In this document: piece by piece, positions 1 to 9,940 of the stretch
Layout of the letters: each line of letters begins with the position of its first letter
Numbering within the stretch: the stretch's first letter is position 1
Assembly: GCA_016931275.1 (NCBI GenBank)
Contig: JAFGFA010000003.1
Span: forward strand, 69,026-133,025
From: Parachlamydiales bacterium
Lineage (GTDB): Bacteria; Chlamydiota; Chlamydiia; Chlamydiales; SM23-39
Direction of reading: 5' to 3'
DNA length: 64,000 nucleotides
Notes under the pieces: generated by a model
What the model saw: only the letters and a program-made list of their open reading frames with translations
What the model was told of the DNA's origin: nothing
Database searches by the model: none
Position numbers and translations under genes: made by a program

Positions 1-197
1 TTCTGATCGAGCTCTCTTCCTCTTCTCCTTTCGGTCCTGAAGAAATTTCCTTACGGGAGATGGAAAAAAAGCATATCCTTCAGATGTTGCAAAAGCACAA
101 TTTCAACAAAACTAAAACAGCAAAAATCTTGCAAATCAGCGTTAAAACCTTGAGAAACAAATTGAAAATGCTTTCGATCAAAAATGAAAACTTCTAA
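1..197 (+). CDS. 3' end of a sigma-54-dependent (NtrC/CtcC-type) transcriptional activator; only the C-terminal Fis-type HTH lies in the window
   Basis: Frame 3 is open from the window edge to TAA at 195-197. It translates ...LREMEKKHILQMLQKHNFNKTKTAKILQISVKTLRNKLKMLSIKNENF*, the typical C-terminal Fis-type HTH of NtrC-family enhancer-binding proteins. Confidence 0.6.
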   Translation, partial: LIELSSSSPFGPEEISLREMEKKHILQMLQKHNFNKTKTAKILQISVKTLRNKLKMLSIKNENF

Positions 198-2580
198 GAA
201 GCAATCTTTGCATGATAAAATGATAAACATGATGCGCAAGAAATTTTTCTTTTTTTTATTATTTTTCTATTTTTCTTCGATCCAAGGTTATGAAATAAGC
301 CATATGACACTAGAAGAAAAAGTGGGGCAATTATTCATGGTCTATTTCGATGGAGACTATGCCAATGAAACCGCCCAAAACCTGCTAAAAGAAGCAAAGG
401 TCGGCGGGATTATTCTCTATAATCAAACCAATAAGTTAGAGAATCCAAGACAAATACAGGCCCTATGTAGAGGCCTTCAACAATCGGCCCTCAGCTATAT
501 TGGTATTCCCCTGTTTATAGCGATAGATCAAGAGGGAGGGTTAATCGCTCGACTAAAAACCGGCTTCACGGATTTTCCCAGCAATGCCGCCTTGGGACGG
601 ACCAAGCAGCCGCAATTGGCCTTAAAAGCAGCGCAATATATAGGAGAAGAGCTCCTCGATGTCGGAATTAACTGGAATCTTGCCCCTGTAGTCGATATTG
701 ATAATAATCCCCAAAACCCCGTTATAGGAATCCGCTCCTTTGGAGACAATCCTAAATTAGTGACCCAATTTGGAAGAAAAAGTATGGAAGGCTATCAAAA
801 TGCCGGAGTAATACCCTGCTTGAAACACTTCCCCGGTCATGGAGATGTAACGGTAGATTCTCACGAAGAACTACCTGTTGTTTCCAAGTCTTTATCACAA
901 TTATGGGACTGTGAGCTATATCCTTATCGATCTCTCGCTAAGAAAGCTCCAGCCATCATGACCGCGCACATTTTATTTCCTCAAATTGATCCTCAAAATT
1001 GTGCTTCGTTATCTTCTATTTTTTTAAAGGAACTATTGCGTGAAAAACTTTCTTTTCGGGGCGTATTAATAACAGATAGTCTCACGATGCTAGGCGCTTT
1101 AAACGCACACAACAATAGCTATAGCTTAGAACAGGTTGTTTTCAAAGCGATCGCGGCTGGCAACGATATGGTATTGATCGGTCAACGAAACTCCAGAGAT
1201 ACAATAAACGAAAAAGCTCATATAGAAGAGATTGTTAGAATCGTTCATCATGTCGTTCATGCTGTTAGGACGGGAAAAATTCAGGAAGATAGGATTGATG
1301 AATCAGTCCGAAGAATTCTTCTTCTAAAAAATTCCTTGAGAGAAGATCCGTCATCGATTTCTTATTCCAGGTTATCCCCCAACCTACAATCCAAAGAACA
1401 TCAAGATCTTTCCAGGGAGATCGCGTATCGTTCTGTACAAGTCCGCAAATGGGACTTGACACAAGATCTGTCTATCGGACATATCGCAATCGTAGCGCCA
1501 AACATCCTGGAAAAAACCATTTACAGCACCGATCTGATGCAACTAGGAACATCAGCGACATTGCATCTATTTGAAGGCTTATCTCCCTCGGACCGAGAGA
1601 TTCAAAAGATTGAAGCAATGGCAGAAAATTGCGACTATATTCTTTTTTGTTCTTATAACGCCTGGAAATTTTCGAAGCAATCGGAACTGTGCAACAGAAT
1701 TGCTAAAAAAAAGCCTCTGATATATGTGGCTACCAGAGATCCCCGTGACCTTGCTATTTCCCATCATTCAGTCATCGACATCGCAACATACAGTCCTTCT
1801 GTCTCTTCTTTACAAGTGGTCTCGGATTGGCTGCAAAAAAATACAAACCCTTTAAGAATCTCGAAAGAGCAAATGCGGGAGATTGGACATAAAATTTGGC
1901 ATAATGAATGTAACAATCGAGAAGATCAACTCACTTTTTGGAATGAAAAAGAACCCTTTCCTTCTATAGGAATAGGACATTTTATTTGGCCACCTAAAGA
2001 CTATAACGGCATTTTTTCGACAGGCCGTTTTCATTATGTATTGGAATTTTTACAACAACACAAGGTCTCCCTTCCTTCATGGCTTTCCAACACACAATTT
2101 TCTCCTTGGGCCACAAGAGAAGAATTTTATAAAGAATTTCGGTCTGAAAAAATGGAAGAATTGAGGTCTTTTTTAGTAAAAACCATTCCTTATCAAGCCT
2201 TATACATGGTCCAACGATTAAACAGATCTTTTTTTGATATAGTACTAAACGTTCCTTTCGAAAAAAGAGAAAACATCATCCATCAATTTTTTCGGGTAGC
2301 TAACACACAAAATGGTCCTTACATTCTTGTAGATTACTGCAACTTCAAAGGAACCGGAACAGATCCCAAAGAACGTTATTGTAATCAAGGATGGGGCTTA
2401 TTACAGGTACTAGAATCTATGGCCTATCGTCAAAATCCTGATTTCCTCCCTGAAAAACAGTTTGCAGAAACGGCAAAATATTTATTGCAACAAAGAATAA
2501 AAAACTCCCCTAACCCGGAAGAACAACAAAAATGGCTTCCGGGATGGTGCGATCGCCTTAAGACTTATGATAGTAACTGA
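184..2580 (+). CDS. Secreted GH3 beta-N-acetylhexosaminidase (NagZ-like, two-domain) fused to a C-terminal T4-lysozyme-like domain
   Basis: GH3 motifs EEKVGQLFMV, IDQEGG, KHFPGHGD, ITDSL. Signal-peptide-like MMRKKFFFFLLFFYFSSIQG suggests the true start is 229/232. C-terminal domain begins WHNECNNREDQL...PSIGIGHFIW (compare T4 lysozyme E11..D20..TIGIGH). Confidence 0.75.
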   Translation: MKTSKKQSLHDKMINMMRKKFFFFLLFFYFSSIQGYEISHMTLEEKVGQLFMVYFDGDYANETAQNLLKEAKVGGIILYNQTNKLENPRQIQALCRGLQQSALSYIGIPLFIAIDQEGGLIARLKTGFTDFPSNAALGRTKQPQLALKAAQYIGEELLDVGINWNLAPVVDIDNNPQNPVIGIRSFGDNPKLVTQFGRKSMEGYQNAGVIPCLKHFPGHGDVTVDSHEELPVVSKSLSQLWDCELYPYRSLAKKAPAIMTAHILFPQIDPQNCASLSSIFLKELLREKLSFRGVLITDSLTMLGALNAHNNSYSLEQVVFKAIAAGNDMVLIGQRNSRDTINEKAHIEEIVRIVHHVVHAVRTGKIQEDRIDESVRRILLLKNSLREDPSSISYSRLSPNLQSKEHQDLSREIAYRSVQVRKWDLTQDLSIGHIAIVAPNILEKTIYSTDLMQLGTSATLHLFEGLSPSDREIQKIEAMAENCDYILFCSYNAWKFSKQSELCNRIAKKKPLIYVATRDPRDLAISHHSVIDIATYSPSVSSLQVVSDWLQKNTNPLRISKEQMREIGHKIWHNECNNREDQLTFWNEKEPFPSIGIGHFIWPPKDYNGIFSTGRFHYVLEFLQQHKVSLPSWLSNTQFSPWATREEFYKEFRSEKMEELRSFLVKTIPYQALYMVQRLNRSFFDIVLNVPFEKRENIIHQFFRVANTQNGPYILVDYCNFKGTGTDPKERYCNQGWGLLQVLESMAYRQNPDFLPEKQFAETAKYLLQQRIKNSPNPEEQQKWLPGWCDRLKTYDSN

Positions 2581-2599
2581 AGCCCCTCTAAACTTTCTT

Positions 2600-4246
2600 T
2601 TAGACTAGGAGCTCATGATTCTTTTTCAGAGATGGAGCGTCTGCTTTCAAACATTGTTGCAGATATTTTTTTATGATGATTCCATAAGAAGAAGACCCCC
2701 TCATGTCCTTCACTAAGGAGACTAGAGGTTTTAAAAATAATCGATACGCGAGTTCTTTTTCCAGGAGAGCCTGTATCATCCCATCTTCGACACAATCATC
2801 GTTTTCCTCTACGCCGCTTATTTGCATAAGAGATAATATCGTTTTAATACTGCTGCGCACCGTATAAAAATAATGCTCAATAGCGCTATCGGTAACCTGT
2901 ACTGGGGTATCGGCAATTTGCCTTTTAATTTTTTCTTCTATAGGGCCGATCTTCTTTCCCTTCCATTGCTCAAAAGGAAGATAAGGAATATGGGACATTT
3001 GCATTCCCTCATAGGAAGCGGTATATATCTTGACGGAGGAATGCTGTTGTGCGAACAGATTCAAAGCATTGGCCTCTAACTGCCATGCAAAAGTAGTCGC
3101 AATCTTCTGTCCATTATTGCACAGTGAAAACAACGGATGTTCTACAAGATCTTTCTCTATAAGAGTTCCAGGAACTCCATGGGCATAATGACGCTTATGG
3201 ACATATCCCAGATCAACCCCTAACAGGATAATGGGATTACATCCTAAAAAATGCGCTAAAGAAAGCATCCGAGTCGTTACGGAAACAGATTGAGGATTAT
3301 CGTCTTTGATGACCGAAAAATTCCTATGAAGATGTTGGCAAAGGCTCTGTTCCCACATGGTATTGGAATGCATATATCCCAAAGAACCGGAAAACAAGGA
3401 AAACACTCTCCGATGCAGACGACTAGAATAGATAAGAGGCATAGAATAAGGAGCCCATTTTTTTAAATGAGAATACTCCGAAGAGGTAGGATCAACCGCT
3501 ACGGCCAAATGAGGAACAATCCCTTGTGCGGACAAGGCCGCGATAGCAGACCCTCCAGCCATGACAAGAGATCGGTTTAAACAATCCTTAAGCCTTGTGA
3601 TATGACCATCGATACTAGGCCCCGCTCCACAAATAATTGCAGGGACCTGATGAAAACTATTTTTCCATTTCCCCACATCCCATGATCGAGGAGATCTTTT
3701 CATCGAAGTTTTAAAATTTTTCCATAACTGTGGAGCCTGAAAAATATCGCTCATCCGGGCATGAACAAAAAAATTTTTTTCTAAAATATCTTTTTTCATC
3801 CGGAAAAATTTTTGTTTTTTTCGGAGCCTCTTGTCTGAAAGAACCGCAATTTTTTCGGCACAAACAGGAACAACCTCTTGAATCAAAAGGTCCCTATTAA
3901 AACAATTGAGAAAAAAGACTCTCTGATCTTCCAAGAGAAAAAAAGAATTTTTCTGATGCAAGAAACAAGCAAATTCATCCAGATCATCGACAATACATAC
4001 TAATTTCTGCCCGAAAGATTTCAGCCAATTTTTCCATAAAAAAAACCCGTAGTTTCTTTCAAAGCCATAGCAATAAAGCGTCTGAATTTCGCTATCGGGA
4101 AGAAGCTTGTCCTCAGAGTTTTTTTTCGAAGGCATCTTGATGGAACGACGCCAGCTGTCAGAAAACAGAAGATGTGCATAAAGATCCGGAAATTTTTTTT
4201 GAAGAAGAGAACAGTTTTTAACAAACACTAAATTTTTACAATCCAT
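2600..4246 (-). CDS. Maf-like (motility-accessory-factor family) DUF115/MptE-like domain protein, putative glycosyltransferase, paralog 2
   Basis: N-terminus VFVKNCSLLQKKFPDLYAHL and central PAIICGAGPSIDGHITRLK...GGSAIAALSAQGIVPHLAVAVD match the Maf/DUF115 pattern (F.KN...L...P.L; GAGPS(L/I/V)D...PD..v..D). Paralogous to the adjacent ORF. Confidence 0.65.
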   Translation of the reverse strand: MDCKNLVFVKNCSLLQKKFPDLYAHLLFSDSWRRSIKMPSKKNSEDKLLPDSEIQTLYCYGFERNYGFFLWKNWLKSFGQKLVCIVDDLDEFACFLHQKNSFFLLEDQRVFFLNCFNRDLLIQEVVPVCAEKIAVLSDKRLRKKQKFFRMKKDILEKNFFVHARMSDIFQAPQLWKNFKTSMKRSPRSWDVGKWKNSFHQVPAIICGAGPSIDGHITRLKDCLNRSLVMAGGSAIAALSAQGIVPHLAVAVDPTSSEYSHLKKWAPYSMPLIYSSRLHRRVFSLFSGSLGYMHSNTMWEQSLCQHLHRNFSVIKDDNPQSVSVTTRMLSLAHFLGCNPIILLGVDLGYVHKRHYAHGVPGTLIEKDLVEHPLFSLCNNGQKIATTFAWQLEANALNLFAQQHSSVKIYTASYEGMQMSHIPYLPFEQWKGKKIGPIEEKIKRQIADTPVQVTDSAIEHYFYTVRSSIKTILSLMQISGVEENDDCVEDGMIQALLEKELAYRLFLKPLVSLVKDMRGSSSYGIIIKKYLQQCLKADAPSLKKNHELLV

Positions 4247-5858
4247 GCCTTACAAAAGGGTCGCAACCTACTTTCTCTATAAATTGCGCGACAACATTTT
4301 GTAAAAACAAAAATTGATGGAGCAATACTCGTGTGTCAAAAGAAACCTCGCTTTGTTCTTGCTCGACTTCTCGGATAAAGATCTGTTTCCATATATGCCA
4401 AATTGGCAAAAAAACAACCTGATAAAAAGGCTCTTTTTCGATCGATTCTTTTTCTTTACAAAAAGAATCCCACTCACTACAAGCGTTTTGAACCTTTTTC
4501 ATACTCTTTTGCAACTCCTGATATCGCAAATTCCTATCAACCGTCAAGATTTCCCCTTCAAACAATCGGTGGAGATCCTCTTTTGAGAGCCGGGGCAACG
4601 ATACAAGAAAATCCCCCTCGTCACAGGCAATATTTTTTATATCAAGCCCCTGATGGGTCAGATCTAAAAAAGTCGTTTCAGAATGTATTGAGACAAATGT
4701 TTCAATCCAATTTTTTGCCAAAAGCCAATCTCTTTGCGTACGTACCATTTTTCCTTCACGATTTTTGATAGAGATAAGATCCTGGGTAAAAGGAGGGGTT
4801 GTCACTCCTTTCGCATAACGGTCTTTAGAAAAACAAAGGTCGACCCCGTAAAGACAAATAGGATCACAGCCCAGATAAGAAGCCAAGGCGATCAAGAAGG
4901 TCGTCCCATTCCACCCGCTATCAAAATCAATCAGAGGAAAATCTTGATAGAACCATTTTTCAAAAGCCCTTTTCTCAAAATCCTGCACGGCTATTTTCGT
5001 TCCCTTGACAAGGGCTAAAACATCCGAAGAGATTCTATTTTGGTAAAAAAAGGGAGCTTTTTGATGAAATTCCATCGTCTTCCTAAAAGGAACGCTATAC
5101 ATATCCACATGAGCGATAATATCGGCGGCCACCCCATGTCTATATAAAACCTGAAGGCTGCTTCCTGAAGCAAATATACAACTAAAGGGAAGCAATTTTT
5201 TTAAAACATCTATCTTATCATCAACGGAAGGACCTGCTCCGACAATGATCGCTGGAATTTTATGCAATCGATGACGTAATTGATCCATGGAAAATCGAGG
5301 AGGATAATGAAAGGCATTATGCATGATACGGCTAATCGCTTCTACTCCAAAATCCGCACTCAACGAAGCCAGAAAATGCACTGAAGAAAATATTTGTTCG
5401 AAAAGAGCCTGCACGGGAGTCTCTGTTTCCTTTCCGGGAAGAACGGTCATTTTTGCCTTTAAAAAAACAAATTTCCAGGCCTGCTGAGTAAAAAACAGAT
5501 CCCACGAGAACCCTGAAGGAACATATTCTATAAAAACTTTTGGATGTTGTAAAATTTCATGGCTCTGCTCCTCCGCTAAAAAAGCACATAGCTTCTCGAT
5601 ATCTTCTTCCAGAAATAGAAGATAATGATCTTTTTGTACCAACCAACGGGACAAGACCTGATATACGGCCTTATCCAATCCCACACAAAAAATCACATCA
5701 GCCTCCAAAAGAGGTCTTGTCTGCTTTTCAACTTCTTTGATAGAAAGCTCTGGATACTTCCGTTGCGAAAAAAGAAAAGAGTCCTTCCATGCCTCATGCT
5801 GCGGAAATTTTTCTAAAAACCGTTGCCGATTTTTCTCAAAAACACTGATTAATTCCAT
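4236..5858 (-). CDS. Maf-like (motility-accessory-factor family) DUF115/MptE-like domain protein, putative glycosyltransferase, paralog 1
   Basis: N-terminus SVFEKNRQRFLEKFPQHEAW and central PAIIVGAGPSVDDKIDVLKK...SGSSLQVLYRHGVAADIIAHVD. Overlaps the downstream paralog by 11 nt. Confidence 0.65.
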   Translation of the reverse strand: MELISVFEKNRQRFLEKFPQHEAWKDSFLFSQRKYPELSIKEVEKQTRPLLEADVIFCVGLDKAVYQVLSRWLVQKDHYLLFLEEDIEKLCAFLAEEQSHEILQHPKVFIEYVPSGFSWDLFFTQQAWKFVFLKAKMTVLPGKETETPVQALFEQIFSSVHFLASLSADFGVEAISRIMHNAFHYPPRFSMDQLRHRLHKIPAIIVGAGPSVDDKIDVLKKLLPFSCIFASGSSLQVLYRHGVAADIIAHVDMYSVPFRKTMEFHQKAPFFYQNRISSDVLALVKGTKIAVQDFEKRAFEKWFYQDFPLIDFDSGWNGTTFLIALASYLGCDPICLYGVDLCFSKDRYAKGVTTPPFTQDLISIKNREGKMVRTQRDWLLAKNWIETFVSIHSETTFLDLTHQGLDIKNIACDEGDFLVSLPRLSKEDLHRLFEGEILTVDRNLRYQELQKSMKKVQNACSEWDSFCKEKESIEKEPFYQVVFLPIWHIWKQIFIREVEQEQSEVSFDTRVLLHQFLFLQNVVAQFIEKVGCDPFVRHGL

Positions 5859-6314
5859 CTATTGATCCTTTTGTAGGGCGCGTATCATCTGCGGATAGGA
5901 GGGCAAGAAATCCACTTTCTGCACTCTATTTTCCAGATCTTGCCACATTACCTGTATTTGCCCTTCATTGGCCACTGCCACAAAATAAGCCCCGACAGTA
6001 TAGTTATACCCCAGAACTTGTTCTATCACTTCTCCAGAGAGGGGCGTCGCCTTACATTCTACTAAAAGAAGCGGATAGAGAAGATGCTGGGGATGGATAT
6101 CTTTTCCGAAACAAATGATATCGACGCGTCTTTTTAAATGATGGGATTTTTTTCCGGACAAATGTGGTAAAAGGGCTATCTCTTTTTCCACAGCGATATA
6201 ACTTTGGGGATACTGCAAGTCTTGAATCATGTGATGCAAAAGCTTTTGTCGCACTCTTTCCTCAGGGAGATCCGGAACCCACATTTCCCGAATAGGATCA
6301 AAAAGCTCTGTCAC
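5859..6314 (-). CDS. Small stand-alone PD-(D/E)xK protein of the 'type I restriction enzyme R protein N-terminal (HsdR_N)' type
   Basis: PEERVRQKLLHHMIQDLQYP...RRVDIICF...LLLVECKA gives a D...ExK nuclease-fold motif. 151 aa. Directly abuts the Maf-like gene and overlaps hpf by 4 nt. Confidence 0.55.
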   Translation of the reverse strand: MTELFDPIREMWVPDLPEERVRQKLLHHMIQDLQYPQSYIAVEKEIALLPHLSGKKSHHLKRRVDIICFGKDIHPQHLLYPLLLVECKATPLSGEVIEQVLGYNYTVGAYFVAVANEGQIQVMWQDLENRVQKVDFLPSYPQMIRALQKDQ

Positions 6315-6943
6315 TGCAATTCAATGATTCCAAAATCATCATCTTCCCTTCTATAGATGATCTTCAATTTTTGATCTTCTTCCGCTTTATAGGGCATAAA
6401 AGTATCGCCAGACAATTCCATTTTCATAATCGCCTCATCTTGAGTAAGAATTTTCAACGGACGATTTTCATTGGCGACAATTTCGTGAAATTTATATTTT
6501 TCCAAATCTTCTTTTAAATTTTCATTCTCGATCTCATCATTCACATACACAGTGTCGTCGAAATGTTTGGACCGCAAAACATTGACATTGAGATCTACAG
6601 TAGCTAAATGTTGAAAATGATAATCTTGAAGGCGTGTTTTGTATTTTCGAATCAACAAGATTAATCGGTCTGTCGCCTTATCAATTGCCGCATAGAGATC
6701 TTCGGTATTGGCTTCCACTTTAATTTTCGTATGGGCAAATTTCATAATGATGGTAACGATATGAGACAACTTTTGCACTTCTAAAGTCACCATAATATCT
6801 ATAATGCTATCTGCAAAACGGTCGATTTTTTCCAACTTTTCCATAAGGTAATTTCTGATAGCATCGGTCATTTGCAAATTTTTTGTTTTTACCGATAGAG
6901 TATACCCTTCTGATATAAATTTTGATTTGTCTACCATCTTCAC
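6311..6943 (-). CDS. hpf: Ribosome hibernation promoting factor, long form
   Basis: S30AE/HPF N-domain (LQMTDAIRNYLMEKLEKIDRF...VTLEVQK...EANTEDLYAAIDKATDRLILLIRKYKTRL) plus the long-HPF C-domain (LKILTQDEAIMKMELSGDTFMPYKAEEDQKLKIIYRREDDDFGIIE). The ORF opens with GTG; the first ATG is at 6937. Confidence 0.9.
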   Translation of the reverse strand: MKMVDKSKFISEGYTLSVKTKNLQMTDAIRNYLMEKLEKIDRFADSIIDIMVTLEVQKLSHIVTIIMKFAHTKIKVEANTEDLYAAIDKATDRLILLIRKYKTRLQDYHFQHLATVDLNVNVLRSKHFDDTVYVNDEIENENLKEDLEKYKFHEIVANENRPLKILTQDEAIMKMELSGDTFMPYKAEEDQKLKIIYRREDDDFGIIELQ

Positions 6944-7057
6944 CTACCCATTTTTTATAACTAAAACTATCATGTCATCCACTATCTCGCAATCTCCTTT
7001 TTCTGTGTAAGAACCGATCTTCGCCGAAAAAAGAGCCCTTTAAAAACCAAAGAAAAA

Positions 7058-7131
7058 CGCACCGAAAGGGACTCGAACCCCCAACCCCTTGGTCCGAAGC
7101 CAAGTGCTCTATCCAATTGAGCTATCGGTGC
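7058..7131 (-). tRNA. tRNA-Arg (anticodon UCG)
   Basis: Reverse complement folds as a cloverleaf: gcaccga/ta/gctc-aattggat-agagc/a/cttgg-cTTCGga-ccaag/gggtt/ggggg-ttcgagt-ccctt/tcggtgc/g. No encoded CCA. Confidence 0.9.
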
Positions 7132-7211
7132 ATGAAAAACATTGTATAAGAAGAGAAACATTTTTTCCAAAAAATTGATGAATTTCTTCTAAAAAACCCT
7201 ATACTGGAAAG

Positions 7212-7883
7212 ATGCAAGAAAATAAAACTGAGGGTATTACCCTTCAATCCACCCCTTTTCGAGAAAAACAAAGACTGATTATTATATTTACCCCTTATAT
7301 GGGACTTCTCTCGTGTATCGTTCCTATAATGCCCACCAGGTCCGACCTTCTTTCGATCTCCTCCGGATTTTGCCTTAGTGAATTTATCTATAAAAAGGGA
7401 CGGTCTGATCTTCTTTCTCTTGTAGAGGCCTCCATTATTGAAGAACACTTTTTTCTCCGTCAAAATCTTTCTTCCTTAGAAGCCGCCGCCTTTATGGGAA
7501 AAATGATCCTTCACACCCAACCACCTCCTAAAATATCTCCTGCTATCTACAAGCTATTCAAAAAATTCTTACAAAAATTACATCAATCTAAAGTCCCTAG
7601 AATCCTAGCGCTTAGCTTTTCTCTAAAAGTCCTGCAACATGAGGGCTTTATCCATGTTCTTCCTCTATGTAATACCTGCAAACAAGAAAAAGCGCATATT
7701 CTTTGCGGAGGAGAAAGCCTCTGTTCTCATCATGCCCTTCCCTATGGAACTCCTTATACTGATGAAGAGTGGTCTATCCTCACCGCTTTAATACAAGAGA
7801 ACTCTTTTTCCTCTCTAGAAAAAATAATTCTTGCTCCTCAAATTGCTATGAAAATAGAAAAAAATATTCAAGAATTCTTATAG
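7212..7883 (+). CDS. recO: DNA repair protein RecO
   Basis: N-terminal OB-fold pattern (GITLQSTPFREKQRLIIIFTPYMGLLSCIV) and a C-terminal Cys cluster (LCNTCKQEKAHILCGGESLCSHH), at a typical RecO length. Confidence 0.8.
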   Translation: MQENKTEGITLQSTPFREKQRLIIIFTPYMGLLSCIVPIMPTRSDLLSISSGFCLSEFIYKKGRSDLLSLVEASIIEEHFFLRQNLSSLEAAAFMGKMILHTQPPPKISPAIYKLFKKFLQKLHQSKVPRILALSFSLKVLQHEGFIHVLPLCNTCKQEKAHILCGGESLCSHHALPYGTPYTDEEWSILTALIQENSFSSLEKIILAPQIAMKIEKNIQEFL

Positions 7884-7886
7884 AAA

Positions 7887-7970
7887 TGCGAGAAAGGGGA
7901 CTCGAACCCCTACAGGAATACTCCCACTACCACCTCAAGGTAGCGCGTCTACCAGTTCCGCCATCCTCGC
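7887..7970 (-). tRNA. tRNA-Leu (anticodon GAG), long variable arm
   Basis: Reverse complement: gcgagga..ctacc-ttGAGgt-ggtag-(long variable arm tgggagtattcctgt)-agggg-ttcgagt-cccct-ttctcgc-a. Begins 4 nt after the recO stop. Confidence 0.9.
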
Positions 7971-8047
7971 AAAATAATGTGAAAAATATACCGATTTTTC
8001 CCTATGCGAACAAGAAAAAACATCTTAAAATGCACATATCCGAAACA

Positions 8048-9700
8048 CTACTCATGAGCAAATTCTTCCATCCAATCTTTACTGTTTAAAGGATGACCCA
8101 ATACATGTTCGATCAATATTGGCCAAGAATAGGAATCTCCTGGAGCAAAAAGTTTTTGTTGCAAAAACTTCCCTGTCTTGGGATTCCACATATTCCCGTA
8201 AGGGGAAAACATTTTAGCTTTTGCTTGCAAAGAGGACGCAAACATCTCTCCCAAAAGATAACTATAATAATATACAGGAGCAAAAGCGATATGATATTTT
8301 GCCGCCCAATCCCCCTTCATCTTACGCCCCTTCGGAGGATGAATTTTTTGATATTTTTCACAAAGGCTCCACCAAAGAGCGTTGAGATCCTGATGGGGAT
8401 TTTCATATAGCGCTTTTTCAAACATCGTGATCATCATGACAAACCGGCTGAACAAGAGCTGCGTTCTCTGCTGACTCTTTTCTATATGCGACAAGATCTC
8501 TTTTTGCTCTCGGGTAGGAACATGGACAAAGGCAGTAAAAAAATCCGGATGAAATACCGCCCTGCCGACCAAAAGAGCCATGGCTTCCGTAGTGCTCATA
8601 TGGGGAGGCGTCCTAAGAAGCCAGGGAAGATTGCCGGCGATATGTTCGTCATATAAAGCATGGCCTAATTCATGCAACAAAGTGGCCAGCCAATGAATCG
8701 TTGGAACCATATTGCACAAAATACGAACATCATTTTTTCGATCAATGGAGATACAAAAGGCATGCTGATTTTTATTATCTCTGGGATACAGATCACTTCT
8801 TTGCAATATATTTTCAATAGAAAATCCCATCGCATCGTAAAATTTTTTACTTACGGCAATAGGATCCAAAGACGATACCAAATCATCGATATTCTTAGGT
8901 TCTAAAGGATCTTTTTGACAAAAAGGATCGCTCCACGCCCAAGGAAGAACTTCAGGCTCCGGCAGATGATATTTTTGGGCTAAGTCTGTATGGATCTCTC
9001 CTATCATGATATTATACTTTTTTTCAGAATCTTCTCTTAATTTTTCAAAAAGACGCTCTATTTCCGGAAAATCCACCTCTGACAGATCCAAGCTCATCTC
9101 AAAATAATTGGCATATCCCATTTGTCGGGCGTATTGATTGCGTAAAACAACTAACTCTACAATGTGAGGAGCTAAAATATTTCCGATCTCTTTAGAAAGT
9201 TCCCATATTTCTTGACGCACTGAGATATCCGTTTCTTTTTCTAAAATTTGAGAAATATCATTTTGCGTTACTATTTTTCCCTTATAAGTAGGCCGAAAAT
9301 CGACATATATCTGGCTTAATTCCGCTTCTTTTTGTGCAAGAGTTTGTATCAACTCTTCAGAAACACGGCTTGTCTTAAATTGACGAAGAAGAATTTTTAG
9401 CTCTCTTTGTAAAAGAGGATTTTTCCAGGTATCTATACTGGCATTCCATTGTAGCAGCTGATCATAGACTTTTTCATTATGAAATAGCTGAGAAAGCTTA
9501 ACCTCATAGGCAACGACCAGTTCCACAGCATCTTTAGACCCTGTTGTTTCCAAAATCCAATGCAATTTATTCAACCGTGTACTGATCTTTTCCACTTTAG
9601 GGACAAATACATCTAAGAACTTTTGAAATCCCTCTTCTTGAGAAAGAGCTTCAAGAGATAAAAAAAACAATACCGATAGGATAAATCCTAATTTTTTCAT
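8048..9700 (-). CDS. Secreted neurolysin-fold zinc metallopeptidase (M32 carboxypeptidase-Taq-like / M3-like)
   Basis: HELGHALYD zinc motif, DVRILCN (compare M32 DxRxT), [30 protein letters not shown] (compare M32 HW..G.FGYFP.Y.LG). The ORF extends to 9772, but ATG at 9700 yields the signal peptide [20 protein letters not shown] and avoids overlapping yidD. Confidence 0.7.
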   Translation of the reverse strand: MKKLGFILSVLFFLSLEALSQEEGFQKFLDVFVPKVEKISTRLNKLHWILETTGSKDAVELVVAYEVKLSQLFHNEKVYDQLLQWNASIDTWKNPLLQRELKILLRQFKTSRVSEELIQTLAQKEAELSQIYVDFRPTYKGKIVTQNDISQILEKETDISVRQEIWELSKEIGNILAPHIVELVVLRNQYARQMGYANYFEMSLDLSEVDFPEIERLFEKLREDSEKKYNIMIGEIHTDLAQKYHLPEPEVLPWAWSDPFCQKDPLEPKNIDDLVSSLDPIAVSKKFYDAMGFSIENILQRSDLYPRDNKNQHAFCISIDRKNDVRILCNMVPTIHWLATLLHELGHALYDEHIAGNLPWLLRTPPHMSTTEAMALLVGRAVFHPDFFTAFVHVPTREQKEILSHIEKSQQRTQLLFSRFVMMITMFEKALYENPHQDLNALWWSLCEKYQKIHPPKGRKMKGDWAAKYHIAFAPVYYYSYLLGEMFASSLQAKAKMFSPYGNMWNPKTGKFLQQKLFAPGDSYSWPILIEHVLGHPLNSKDWMEEFAHE

Positions 9701-9730
9701 ATAATACATCCAAAAAGTTACTTTCCCTTT

Positions 9731-9940
9731 ATGAAACAGGTTTTTATTTTTCTCATCAAGCTCTATCAACATACGATCAGCCCCTTTTTGGGAAACCCTT
9801 GCCGTTTTTATCCCTCTTGTTCCGATTATTCTATCGAGGCTTTTTCTAAATATGGTTGTCTTAAAGGATTTTGGCTTACCTTAAAAAGAATCGTCAAATG
9901 CCATCCCTTTCATCCCGGCGGCGAAGATCCCCTTCCGTAG
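9731..9940 (+). CDS. yidD: Membrane protein insertion efficiency factor YidD
   Basis: [62 protein letters not shown] is the full YidD signature. Confidence 0.9.
   Translation: MKQVFIFLIKLYQHTISPFLGNPCRFYPSCSDYSIEAFSKYGCLKGFWLTLKRIVKCHPFHPGGEDPLP

Noticed and set aside
4277-5018. Multiple ORFs on both strands (4277-4477 -, 4314-4586 +, 4403-4768 +, 4734-5018 +) within the first Maf-like gene
   Set aside because: They overlap a 540-aa ORF that has a paralog next door with the same motifs. They are alternative-frame or antisense artefacts of AT-rich sequence.
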